Origin: Mobula hypostoma
Taxonomy: Eukaryota
NCBI RefSeq assembly: GCF_963921235.1
Contig: NC_086108.1
Span: forward strand, 34,040,001 to 34,104,000
Reading direction: 5' to 3'
Length of the DNA stretch: 64,000 bases
Shown here: positions 25,666-37,744 of the stretch, piece after piece
Position numbering within the stretch: position 1 is the first letter of the stretch
Layout: each line of letters opens with the position of its first letter
Notes under the pieces: generated by a model
What the model saw: only the letters and a program-made list of their open reading frames with translations
Database searches by the model: none
What the model was told of the DNA's origin: nothing
Made by a program: the position numbers and the translations under genes

Positions 25666-27324
25666 GTACCTCTTCCTAGAGATGCTGCCTGGCCTGCTGC
25701 ATTCACCAGCAACCTTGATGTGTGTTGCTTGAATTTCCAGCATCTGCAGAATTCCTGTTGTTTGAATTTAAAGTTAAGACATGTTCTCTGGGTTTCCATA
25801 GCAAACATCAATGTAGCCCACAACAAAAATTAGTTGGACAACCCTGAAAAAGATAGAGAAACAAGACATCAAAATGTATTGCTTTGAGGAAAAAAACAGT
25901 TGCATATAACAGCCCTTGTAATGAAAGGAACAGTTATTTCCTGAGTACTTATTTTCACATTCACTTTTCTTTATTTTGAGAAAAGGTTCTGGCTGTTTTT
26001 TTACATGCTTCATCCAACAAAATTAATCCCAGAGTCACAATCAGAATCAAAATCATGTTTATTATCATTGACATATGTTGTGTTCACAGATTAATCCAAC
26101 TGTGTCAATAGCATGGTAGTTCCAAGCAGTACTTTAATGCTAATTACATATTACATTTGGGGGTAAAATTCATGCTATGCCTACTCCTGGTGCCAAATGG
26201 GAAGAACAATCCCCAACAAGAGGATATTAGCCTGAAGCTCAGACAGAGGAGGGCTTCAGAATGCAATTAAACTGAAATGGCAAACATCACATTGCTTTTA
26301 AAATATTTACAATTTGCTTGTTAAAACTCAGTACAACAGCAAAGTCCTTTTAGAAGAGCTTCCTGTTTCTAGGAACAATTTCTTCTTGAAAAAACAGGAT
26401 GTTCCAGAACCAGGGCGTTGCTGTATTTAAAAAGTCAGAATCCCATCCCCAGTTCAATTACATTTTTCAGTACAGATTCAAACTGTTGGGTCCGTTGGCA
26501 GACAGATGGGCGCCCAACCAGGAGGTCAGGAGTTTAAACCAGACTTGGCTCACATGTCCTGCTCTCAATCACTTGAAGGTTTAGGCTTTATTCAGTCTTG
26601 TGGACCTCTGGGTTATTCAGGAGAATTACAGAGAAGAAGTTGAATTGACATATTGAAACAATGTTATGACTACCTCTGTACTCATATTCCTTCATTCTGG
26701 TGCTGCCAGACAGCTGTAACAGGAGTAACAACAATTGGATTTATGTAGAACTTGTAACATCCCAAAACACTTCACTCTCTTGCATATCCAAAATGTCCAA
26801 CTCTCAATGTGAGCCACATATGGTTTGAATTCAGTGGTGTCCTGACCTCAGACACCTCTGCCAAGGGAAAGATGAGCTTTGCATCTACCCTGTCAAATCC
26901 CTTAAGAACTTTAAACATTTTAGTGAAATTAACTTCAGTTTTCTAAAGTCTAGAGAGTAAATTCTCAGTCTATTTAACCTCTCCTCTTTCAATAAACCTG
27001 CTATTCTCAGTCTAGTAAATCCTTGCTGCATCCTGGAATATTTATATCTTACCTTAGGTAGGGAGACTGGACCTGTTCACAGCAACCCTGATGCACTCTC
27101 ACCAGGGCCCTATATAACTAGCGGAATATATCGCTGTCCTTGTACTTCATTCCTTTCGTTTAAAGGACAATATACCATTTGCCTTCTATAATTGCACATT
27201 TACTCTCAGTAATTTATGCACAAGTACTCCAGATTCCTCTTATCACCAACGCAATTCAATCTCTCCCCACTGAATAAGAAAAAAACTCATGCAGTACTGC
27301 ACTAGTTACTGATTACTAGTCTTA

Positions 27325-28497
27325 TAATGAGCCCATGATCGACAACATTTCTTCTCTGATCTTGCTGATTAAAGCACCGAGGAAGATTGAAATCATCGAG
27401 GCAAGCGGGGGGGGGGGGTCTGCGGTTTCAGTGCCGTCCTGAAGCTCCCAAAGGTCTCTGCGTTTGAATGGTCTCTGTCCCTCGATGCAGTCAGAAGATA
27501 GTGCTGGATTTCTGGGTCTTGGGCAAGATTTAGTTGACGTGGTTTGTGGATTGACCTCCATGTTTCATGTCATGATGTGTTTCTGGTTTCTGGTTCCTCC
27601 TTCCTTTGTTGCTATTTTGGGTGATTTTGATCAGGGCGGCGGGCAGATAACAAACTGAGTTGAACTGAATATGCCTGGACTCTTTCGATTTTATGTTTTA
27701 TATTCTGTGTTTCTCATTTTTTTGTTGTTGCTGCCTGCGTGATTTTTTGCGCGTTGGGGTGGGGGAGTGGTGATGTCTTGGGGGTTTTCGTTGTTTTTTT
27801 TGTTGCTGTTTGCGTGATTTTTTGCGCGTTGGGGTGGGGGAGTGGTGATGTCTTTTGGGGTTTTTGTTGGTTTTTTGTTGCTGTTTGCGTGATTTTTTGC
27901 GCGTTGGGGTGGGGGGAGTGGTGATGTTTTTGGGGGTTTTGTTGGGTTTTTTGTTGCTGTTTGCGTGATTTTTTGCGCGTTGGGGTGGGGGAGTGGTGAT
28001 GTTTTGGGAGTTTTTGTTGGTTTTTTGTTGCTGTTTGCGTGATTTTTTGTGCGTTGGGGTGGGGGAGTGGTGATGTTTTGGGGGTTTTTGTTGGGTTTTT
28101 TGTTGCTGTTTGCGTGATTTTTTTGCGCGTTGGGGTGGGGGAGTGGTGATGTTTTGGGGGTTTTTGTTGGGTTTTTTGTTGCTGTTTGCGTGATTTTTTG
28201 CGCGTTGGGGTGGGGGAGTGGTGATGTTTTGGGAGTTTTTGTTGGTTTTTTGTTGCTGTTTGTGTGATTTTTTGTGCGTTGGGGTGGGGGAGTGGTGATG
28301 TTTTGGGGGTTTTTGTTGGGTTTTTTGTTGCTGTTTGCGTGATTTTTTGCGCGTTGGGGTGGGGAGTGGTGATGTTTTTCTTTGAACAGGTTCCTTTTTT
28401 TTTGGTTTTCTTTGTTTCGTGGCTGTCTGTGGGGAAGAAGAATTTCAAGGTTATAAACATATATACTTTGATAAATGGATTTTGAATCATTGAATCT
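27325..28497 (+). mobile_element. Non-autonomous element with Rex-type LINE tail, containing a minisatellite
   Basis: GC-rich head. Tail GGCTGTCTGTGGGGAAGAAGAATTTCAAGGTT...CTTTGATAAAT..TTTGAATCATTGAATC resembles the tail at 29470-29560. Confidence 0.55.
27722..28378. repeat. G/T-rich minisatellite, 9 copies of a ~75-bp unit
   Basis: The GGGGTGGGG(G)AG block recurs at about 27756, 27831, 27906, 27982, 28056, 28132, 28207, 28281 and 28356. Confidence 0.95.
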
Positions 28498-28949
28498 TAT
28501 TGAGTACCTTCTAGAAGTCCCCAAACAACATAACCTAGTGCCTCTTTATCTGCTAAAGAAAGTTGAGAGGACATTTGACAGATTTTTTTCCTGTCCAGGT
28601 GGGCGTCTTCATATTTTTCCACATTATATTCCATCCATTTCTCTGTCTCAACACAGAGCATCCATGATCCTTTTGATGTCTTTCTACATCCCTCTCATTG
28701 TCTACAATGCCACCTATTATCTGCAAACTTGGATATAATAAACTTGATCCTCTAATCCAAGTAACTCTTTACAGCTGTGTTACCAATAGCACCAAAATAG
28801 GCATAACCTCTCAAACCACAATTTACCCTTACACTTTGTTTATTGTCTATTCAGCAGTGATTATTCAATCCTTTTCAATATAATAACTCATACTGTGTGT
28901 GCTACCTTCATTTGTCTTTATTTTTCTACCTTTGATGTCTCTCTTTTCC

Positions 28950-29562
28950 CTTTTCATGGTGGATGGGGTTCTGTCAAAGACGCTTACCTGAGGTTACACT
29001 TAGACCTAAGTCCTTTGTGGGGCTTACGGCAGGCCGCTTTTTGCTATGCCTAGAAGACTAGAGCCCCTTCAGGGTTCCGAGCTTTGGCGGCCCTGTGGAT
29101 GGGCTGATTCTAAGCTGATTCGAACATGGGGGAATAGCGGATCAGCTGTCAGAGGCTCTGTACTCAGCGAGTTGTTTTGTTATGTCAAGCCTCTCACTGT
29201 GAAAGGGGGACAGCTCTTTTTCTCTCTATTAAGGAGAGAGAGAACCTGTGGCATGTCAAATTGTCAGGTGAATGATTAGTTTTTATTGCAATGCAGATCA
29301 TGGTCATTCTTGGAGGCCTTTACTCTTGCATGCTTGGTGGGTGGAGGGTGCTGATTCTTTTTGTGGGGTGGGAGAAAGTCGTTGCTTTACTGCTGCTTGT
29401 GAGTGGGAGGGGGGAGTGGGGGGGGATTTGGGGTTCTAATGTCTTAACTGTCACTCATTCTGTGGGGCACTCTTCTGTTTTTGTGGATGAATATGAAGAA
29501 AAGGAATTTTGGGCTGTAGATTGTATACATTTCTTTGATACTGGATGGAACTATTGAACTAT
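28950..29562 (+). mobile_element. Non-autonomous SINE-like element with Rex-type tail
   Basis: GC-rich head, G-rich middle and tail GTTTTTGTGGATG...GAAGAAAAGGAATTT...GTATACATTTCTTTGATA...GAACTATTGAAC. Confidence 0.5.
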
Positions 29563-32500
29563 TGTTTAGCACTTTACTGAAAGATTTCTGAAAACCTAAA
29601 TGCTCCAGATCAACTGGTTTCCTTTTATTCAGTCTGAAAGTGACAAGCTCAAAAATTCCAATGGATTTGTCAAACTTGACTTCTTTTTAATAAGTCTTTG
29701 TTGATACTGACCAGATCTATTACTATTTTCCAAACACTTTATTGTTACATTTTTCATCCCAGTATCCAGCATTATCCTCACCACTTAATCTCAACACAAC
29801 CAGTCCATATATCCTTGTTTAACCTCTCCCTCCTTTATTAAATAGTGGGACTACAGTCGCTAGCTCCAAACCTGTGGCAATTGTTTTCGAAGATGGCGAC
29901 CAAACAATCTCCTTTTCAAAATCCTAGGGTGTAGATCATCTGGTCCTGACAGTTTATCACCTTTCAGTCACAATATGTTTTTTTTATCAATTTTATCAAT
30001 TCTGTACCAATGTTACTTTATTTGAGCCCCTTAAATATTCTAGACCGCTAGCCCTCTGCTATTCATGGCAGTTTCCTCTGTCTTCTTCTGTGAAGACATA
30101 CATGAACTATTTGTTTCATTCTCCTTATTCTCCAATATAATTTTTCCTTTCTTAGTCTGCTGGTGATCTGCATTCATTTTAGCTCATTTGACTTCTTTGC
30201 TGGTCTATAGCAGATCCTATAACTTGTTTTCATTTTCTAGGGAGCCTACTCTTGTATTCTCTTTTCCATCTCCTCATCAAAGCCTTCTTTGTTGCTTGTT
30301 GAATTATGTTGTTTTTTTTTCTCATTTCTCTGACTTACTGTTTTCTTTGGCAAATGTTGTAAGCCTTTGCCTTTTGATCGAATACAGTCTTCTATTCTCT
30401 TGTTATGATAGACACAACTGTATCACTTTTGTTGCTGCTGTTTTTCTGCCTTAAAAGATACATAGTAGTTGCAAACTGTGTGGTAGATCCTTTAAAACAT
30501 AGAATTGCTTTTTGTGCTGCCATACCTTTTCTTGTAATTTCCAAACTGACCCTAGTTAGCATTCACTCTGGTGTGACTTCTGTTTCATAGACACCACTGC
30601 CTTAGGATAGTCATGTGCCTGATATCTCATCATCATTATCATATCCACATTGCTGGCAGATAGGTTTATTCACTGGACATGCTGGATAAACCTGCACATT
30701 ATGCATTTTTTCGCATCCTTCTGGGTTTTGGAGTTCGGAATCTTGTTTTGGATCTTGTTTCCTAGACTATTCCCCTTCACTACTTTCCATTAGAAGACTT
30801 GCCCTATGACTGTCTGTCCCTCGGCAGCTTTTCTCATGACCTCTGTCTTCACTGGGCCACTTCAAAGCCTATCTGTACTTACTTAAGCGACTCCATACTG
30901 AGCAAACTCCACCAATGATTTTCCATTCTCTGTCTCTTTGAACTGGTCTAGCTTTGCATGTGAGATATTGATCCCGCAGATGCAGTGCTGAAGTGCCCAA
31001 TTCCATTTATAATTCAGGAATTCTGTGATCATCAATAAGCAGAAGGAAGACACATACCTGACCAACATGTTTGAGTTGGATTTTATTTTAACTCTCATGT
31101 TAGGTGGGACCTTATTTTACACTTGTTTCATGCCCACAGCTAACTCTTCTGTGAACACTCTTGCCCATGATCTTCTCTACCTCCTTTGCATTCCTCCAGT
31201 CTGACAGAAATCCCAGAATCTGATCCCTCCCATTCCTGTCTCTCCAACCTAGAAAGGTTCAAAGAAACAGTCCCATCTTTCGTACATGGCAAGATCACTG
31301 CTCACCCAATGCCTCCCAAAATAAACTTTCCTCTTGTATATATTAGCATCAAGGGAGTGTGCTTTATTGTTATGGCAAATAGCTTTCAATTGAAGTATGA
31401 CACATACATTATTGCAATACTATACCACAGGACTCGGTTTCTTAAGAAAATATCAACTCTTCCTGTCTTAATGTAACAATTGCACTTAAACAGTTAATGT
31501 ATATGAGTCTACATACAAATACCACAGTGGAGAAAATTAAAATTAAGGACCAGAGATTTACAACTGACACTGTGTTTAATGAGGAACCACTTCAGGCCTG
31601 CACGTAGATGAGTAACTAGTGAACAAGATTTAGTATGGGTTATGACATAGTACAGTTTTGGTTTACATTTTTAATAGACAGTAGACTTCAGGAAGCTGGC
31701 TGCAAGTATTGTGGGACAGTCAAGTCTAGAGGCAACAAAAGGAAGAATGAGGGATCAACACAAATGGGAGTATTTCTCCAATGTAACATTTTTCTTAAGC
31801 AAAAATATTACACTCAATGGTCCCTCTGTGGAATTTAAACAAGAGTAATTTGATAGTCATTCCATATTTTAATGATTTAGAGAATAATAGATAACAACAA
31901 GCTATTACGGTTGCAGTCAACCAGGGAAACCGATTATTGCATATTTCAGGAAAAACGTGCTGGTATTTTTTCACCAAAGGAATCTGTTCATTGGCATGTT
32001 TGACTGATGTATCACTCTGATACTTAAAAATTATTTAATCCAGCAAAGTTGCAGGAAGTGATATTAGAGTGTATTCACAAACCAAAGTGACGGAAAGCAC
32101 CAGATTCTCAGGAAAATAATGGTTAAAGGTTTAAAGTACCAGAATATTTGTTCACAGGTCTAATTCCACTGTGTCTGCAAAAATAATGACAAGAACCACA
32201 ATTATTCGTTCACACAGAACACTCAACCACAGAAACACTGAAATAAAAATAACTTCCCTTTGTAACTTGATATATAAAACTCCAGATGTTGTATAGTTCT
32301 TACGAACGCTCCATTTAATACCGACTTCTACCCTAAATCTTTAATAGCCTGTTACCATTTGTATTTGAATTATTTCTGTTTCCATTCTGCATTTTATCAT
32401 GTTACTTATCTACCCTAGATCAGCCTCCTGTTCTGGGAAAACTCACAAATGCTTTTCAAGTTACAATTTCCTTCATCATTAGCAAGTTTTGACTGCAGCT

Positions 32501-32819
32501 CACAAGTTGTCTGTTTTTAGCATGCCTACTGTGCACTTGGAAATTCCTTCACCTGTTTTCTTTCGCTAACACGTAACAAGTCTTGAATTTTCAAACATTC
32601 TAAGGACATGCACAGCATGTAGATCACTAAATACAATGAATTCCTCCTGAAGATCATTTTGGATCAAGGAAAATGTGTTTTTTAGAAAACTATAACCAGA
32701 TTTAATCTTTTAACCATCTGTGGAACTTGTTTAAAAAAAAATTATTTTCTTGCCACTGTAATTGACCTTTCCATTTCTACTGCTGGAGGCTATAGTCTAC
32801 AGACCCCTCTTCGCAGAGC

Positions 32820-33000
32820 GACTTTCACGTACTCCCTGGACTATAATCACTTCTGAAAGATTTAATTGGCTGACCAGCCGGCGTCACTCAAGAGGAGAGT
32901 GCCTGTATATAATCTGCAAAGCTCAACAGTGCACTCTAGAAGGAGCTCAAGTTTAGGCAGACATCACTTTGGTGAGAAACAATAAGACCGAGCCAGCAAA
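32820..33000 (+). promoter_or_regulatory. RGS5: RGS5 proximal promoter and 5' UTR
   Basis: TATATAA at 32906-32912, inverted CCAAT (ATTGG, 32865-32869), CRE half-site CGTCA (32882-32886) and TACGTG on the minus strand (32826-32831). Locally CpG-enriched and TE-free, immediately upstream of the ATG. Confidence 0.7.
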
Positions 33001-33044
33001 ATGTGCAAAGGGTTAGCTGCATTACCAGCAACATGCCTCGAAAG
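33001..33044 (+). CDS. RGS5: Regulator of G-protein signalling 5, coding exon 1 (MCKGLAALPATCLER)
   Basis: AAAATG start, near-identical to the R4-family N-terminus (human RGS5 MCKGLAALPHSCLER). Phase-2 donor AG|GTGAGA at 33045. Confidence 0.93.
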
Positions 33045-33961
33045 GTGAGAAAGTGTATTTCTGCTCTGGTTTAAGCATATGTCCAGCTATTAAGTATGTC
33101 CTTGTTCGAATGCTTCATGATTTTCAATCAATGTGAATGAGCTGGTGTTATTGTGAGAGATTCATTTTTCTAGTAGTAATTAATATGGGCTCCTATCACT
33201 TAAACTGTAGACTTGTTGCACGGAGCAGCATCTAGAGCTAATCTTAATTGTAAGAATATCGGCTGGGATTTAGGTACCTTCTAAATGGGACAAATAATTA
33301 CATTTAACAATTGTCTTGTTACCTCTCAGGTCTTGGGACTTTCACTGCTTTGGGATATTTAATGGAAAACTCCAGGACTCAGGCAACAATTCATAGTTAA
33401 CTGTAAATATTTTGAGATATATTATAAACTGTCGCCCTCTTAAAATACTTCACAGCACTAATGAATCGATGGAGCAGAAAAAAGTTTATGTTAGTGTTAC
33501 ATGAAAGGTCTGTTGACAATAAGGCGACTTCAATTCAACAGAGATAGATCTGAGAGGAGTCCTGTACTTTTAACTCCAGAAGCAAGTAAATAAATGTGAT
33601 GAATTAAATATTTAGATTGTTGGAATTATCTTCAATTTGTAGGACTTCAAATTGTTCATTAAGTGAAAGAAAATCAATTACATTTTTATCAGAATAGTTG
33701 CAAAGCCAATGTTTTTGTTAAGAATGCAGCCCTTTTTGTTTTAGTCATTTGGCCTCAAACTGTATTGCAATTGCAATTAATATATGAGTAATGGTTCATG
33801 TTATTATGTTGATACATACCATGATTTTTTTAAAAACATATACTATTATTAGCTTCATTATAATGTTCTCCACAAGAAAGAATGCATCTTTATGATAAAA
33901 ATGCACAAGCTGAAACCACAGAAAATTATTTAGGGAAGATTATAAGATTAAATGATTTGGG

Positions 33962-34210
33962 GGTATTGGGTAGTGGTTAGCACAACACTTTACAATACCA
34001 ATGACCCAGGTTCAATTCCCTCTGCTGCCTGTAAGGAATTTGTGAGTTTTTCCCATGACCATGTGGTTTTCCTCTGGGTCCTCAGGTTTCCTCCCATTAG
34101 GTTAATTGGTCATTGTAAATTGTCCTGTGGTTAGGCTGGGGTTGCTGGGTGGAATGGCCCAAAGGACCAAAAGGGCCTATTCTGTGCTGTATCTCAATAA
34201 ATAAAAAAAA
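33962..34210 (+). mobile_element. tRNA-derived SINE
   Basis: A box (GTAGTGGTTAGC), B box (GGTTCAATTCC), central GGTTTTCCTCTGGGTCCTCAGGTTTCCTCCCA block, CR1-like tail and AATAAA/poly-A. Confidence 0.8.
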
Positions 34211-34212
34211 AA

Positions 34213-34380
34213 CAAAGTGCTGGAAACACTCAGCACATCAGGCAGCATCTGTGGATAGAGTTAAAGTTAACAGTATTGGTCTGTGACCCTTCATCAGAAC
34301 CGGTAAAAAGAGCAACAAGTTAGAGTTCAGTCAGAGAGAAGGAGGGGAAGGGATGGTTAAAACAAAGGGAATATCTCTAA
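34213..34380 (-). mobile_element. Degenerate Penelope-like pLTR fragment
   Basis: GTGCTGGAAACACTCAGCACATCAGGCAGCATCTGTGGA...GACCCTTCATCAG. Confidence 0.6.
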
Positions 34381-35859
34381 GACAGTGAGTCTATATGAGT
34401 TAACATGGATGGTAATATGCACATTAGACTTCTTTGTGTAATGTGTTTAATCTCATTTCAGCAGAATCTGTAATCATAGTTTATCATTGAACTGTAATTT
34501 TGCAATTTAGCCAATCAAGCAGCACAACTATTCAAATAATACAGGGGTTATTTTAACACTGGATATTCATGTCAATGAAGCAATGGAAATTGGGAGACAT
34601 TTTTAATGTAAAGGTGTATGATCTGATATTACCTATTTTACATATACCTGGTTAATGTTACCTAATCTAATACAATCTTTCACATGAGTATAATGTCCTG
34701 CTTTTCCTCTGTTGAAATGCAATAAATGCACATTAATAATGTGCTGTAAGTTGACTTAAATGGAGTGATCTTATTGACCTTCAAAGTAAAATATTGGCAT
34801 GATCTGTAAATGTATGATTTACGCAACAGTGACTGTAAGATTCAGCTAATGTATTATTTAAGCACTTCAGACAATTCAATTCTTTCTATCTCATTGTTCA
34901 GATTTGACTTTGAAATTCTTTTCCATTCCCATTATGCTGTTCATTACAGCATGCTCTGTTCAAGTGAGCACAAATTCAGCACAAAATTATGAATTTAATC
35001 ATGTTTCTCTAGAATGCAATACAAGTTGTACTTCAAACGTAACAGAGTTGAAGATGTCTTTCATTAAAAATGTAAAATTAAGTTTATAGACAGGTGCAAT
35101 ACAAGACAGATGGGCATAATCTCAGGTAATGTGCTAAGATGTAAAAATATAATTAAAAATTGATCATTTTTGTCAATTTCATTTCTCTAATCCAAAATAG
35201 CTATTATAATATAAAATAAATGTTTATTTTCCTTTTCGAGTACTAATACAACTAGCAAGTCTTATAGTCACAATTTGGTTCCTGAGATAGTAATAATATA
35301 TGAGTACTTCATTTGCCATTTCATTTGATGTACAAGAGAAAATGGTATCATTAAAGTTACGGATTGCTAACAAGTGGACAGCTTCGCAAATTTCCAATAC
35401 ACTGGCAGCTGAGGTTGGGGTCTGACAAAGCAGGAATAGTCCACAAACCAGCGCTATCTGTCAGTGGCTTTAATCCCTTGTAATATTATATACTGTTTGA
35501 GTTTTGCAAGCAATTCATGGACATATGCTATTGATGACACAGGTAAGCCAATTTGTACAATGACTGTCCTTCAAATCTGAAATTTGATGGATTCCGAAGA
35601 TGAGAATAAAAGGTGCCTGCATGTTCAAAACCTTTGCCTCAGTTTGGTGACTCTCCCCTGGATAAAACTATTGATTGTTATGCGTTTCAAGGGCAAAACT
35701 CTTGCCCAATAATAGAAGAAGGAGCTTGCTAGTGCAACAAGTCTATGGGCACAGGTTGCCCAAGAGCTAACCAGTCATTCTGGATCTGTCGCCATTCTGG
35801 ATTTAATAGTTAAACCATTTTAATGACCAATCCAGGTAAGGTGGCATTGTACTGAGATA

Positions 35860-36741
35860 CACTCAGTGGGCACTTTATTAGGTACCTCCTGTCACCTTCC
35901 TGCCAGTTTCAACCAGTCTGCCCATTCTCCTCGGACTTCTCTCAATAACAAAGCATTTTTGCTCTCAGAACAGCCGCTCACTGGATTTTATGATTTCTGA
36001 ACCATTCTCTGTAAAGTCCAGAGACTGTTGTACATGAGTTTATTCAGAAGAAATCCAAGAGAAGTTTGGTGGCTCGGCCAAATGACACCACAAGACATAA
36101 AATTCTCAAAACTAGGACCTAAAATCCTAAAGGGATTGGACAGGTTAGATGTAGGAAGATTGTTCCTGATGTTGGGGAAGTCCAGAATGAGGGGTCACAG
36201 TTTGAGGATAAAGGGGAAGCCTTTTAGGACCGAGATTAGGAAAAATTTCTTCACACAGAGAGTGGTGAATCTGTGGAATTCTTTGCCACAGGAAACAGTT
36301 GAGGCCAGTTCATTGGCTATATTTAAGAGGGAGTTAGATAAGGCCCTTGTGGCTAAAGGGATCAGGAGGTATGGAGAGAAGGCAAGTACAGGGTTCTGAG
36401 TTGGATGATCAGCCATGATCGTACTGAATGGCAGTGCAGGCTCGAAGGGCTGAATGGCCTACTCCTGTACCTATTTTCTATGTTTCTATGTTTCTATGAA
36501 AATCTCAGGGATCAGATTACTCAAACAATCCCGTCTGGCACAAACAATCATTCCAGGGTCAAAGTCGCTTGTATCACATTTATTCCCCATTCTGTTGTTT
36601 GGTCTGAGCAACAACTAAAGCTCTTGATGATATCTGCTTTTATGCATTGAGTTGCTGCCACATGATTGGCTGATTAAAGAGCATTAAGAGCTTCAATTTG
36701 CATTAAAGAGCAGGTGTACCTAATAAAGTAGCCACTGAGGG
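35860..36741. mobile_element. Tc1-derived MITE with a nested CR1 3' end (about 36120-36500, +)
   Basis: TA-CACTCAGTGGGCACTTTATTAGGTAC ... GTACCTAATAAAGTAGCCACTGAGGG-TA termini. The nested CR1 reads KILKGLDRLD...FFTQRVVNLWNSLP with a (TTTCTATG)n tail. Confidence 0.85.
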
Positions 36742-37744
36742 TATATTCACTTGCACCCTGATGTGTGCATCATTCTAATCTGCTCACTCGGAACTCTCCA
36801 ACCTGCTCCCAAACATTACTGTGTGCACTTTTCTACAATACACGCATTTCTTCACACATGCCTCCCCGTTCAGCCATCGGTGACACTTCCCTTCAGCTTT
36901 ATGCAGCAGTGTGCATTTCCTTCATATTTACCCCCAACAAGCATTCATGTATGTATTCCGCTACTCTTACTCATGGATCTCTTGCTTCCCTTCTCTCAGG
37001 TGAAGATAGCACAGAGCATGACGAGAAGGCAGAGTTCCGAAAGTGGCCCTTCGGCCAACTCTCAGCTGCATGGGGAGGGGTCGGATCCTAGTGCTGGACA
37101 TTAGGGGACAAGAGTATGGGAGTCTCGTGGTGATGGAATTAAATATTTGGTTATTTTGGCTTTGATGTCTACAATAAGTGAACTACGATCATGTGCAAAA
37201 TTCATTTTGTGACCTTGATAGTTCCATTGTAGAGAATTAATCTCACTAGGGATATCCAAACAATCTTCTGAAGTTGTAGCAAAGGACAGTTAATATCCCC
37301 TCCAGAGAAGTCATTCCCTGTGAGGGTGTTCCATCAGATCAGAACCCGAGACCCTCTGTCTCTAGTGAGGTTGATAAAGCAGACATTGGGTTCTACCTGA
37401 CAACTCGCAGATCCCCAAGATGTAAGATCAGATGGCCAATGCAGGGGGCAGTCTTGAAACGTTCAGGTCAGAGCCCAGAAGATTGTTTAAGCTCAGCTGG
37501 ATCCAGATGCTGCACTTGAGGACCTGTCGATGTACTATGTAGTTATAAAGCAGTAAAGAACGCAAACCATTTCTGCAATGAACACACTAACGGGAAGAAG
37601 AGATTGTCCATCTCAGCCCTTTGCTGTGGAAAGGGTGCCACACAACAGGGATCCCAGCATGGATCTGAAGCGGTAGTGTCTAGCTAGTATAATCAATTAT
37701 ATGGCATAGGAGTATACTATTTTATTATTTAATTAGTTCAGGTA

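Larger units (their letters stand above)
24594..25765. mobile_element. Head-to-head inverted Penelope-like element (GIY-YIG endonuclease C-terminus plus pLTR on both arms) with 13-bp TSD
   Basis: FAEHLRSVCQRKQDLPVATHFNSTSHSDMSIHGLLYC...RLEEQHLIFRLGSL on the minus strand, and its C-terminal part (NFNSTSHSHS...QPDGMNIDFSNFR*) on the plus strand. ATTTAAAGTTAAG at 24581-24593 and 25766-25778. Confidence 0.9.
26870..30590 (-). mobile_element. Old, fragmented CR1 LINE interrupted by younger insertions
   Basis: Scattered minus-strand CR1 remnants (26870-27270, 28500-28900, 29570-30590), e.g. the reverse complement of TCCTAGGGTGTAGATCATCTGGTCCTG (GPDDLHPRIL). Confidence 0.55.

Noticed and set aside
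27722..28378. Regularly spaced repeats resembling a CRISPR array
   Set aside because: The units are contiguous near-identical tandem copies with no unique spacers, in a eukaryotic context with no cas genes.
27691..28524. 277-aa and 258-aa K/T/P/N-rich ORFs
   Set aside because: They are translations of the C/A-rich strand of the 75-bp minisatellite, which lacks stop codons by composition. There is no splice or homology evidence.
1..32800. Exons of a neighbouring gene (e.g. NUF2) upstream of RGS5
   Set aside because: I found no recognisable coding exon with splice signals on either strand. Short exons could have been missed by eye.
37260..37720. Possible Tx1/L1 remnant (KSFPVRVFH)
   Set aside because: The similarity is too short and degenerate to support without a profile search.
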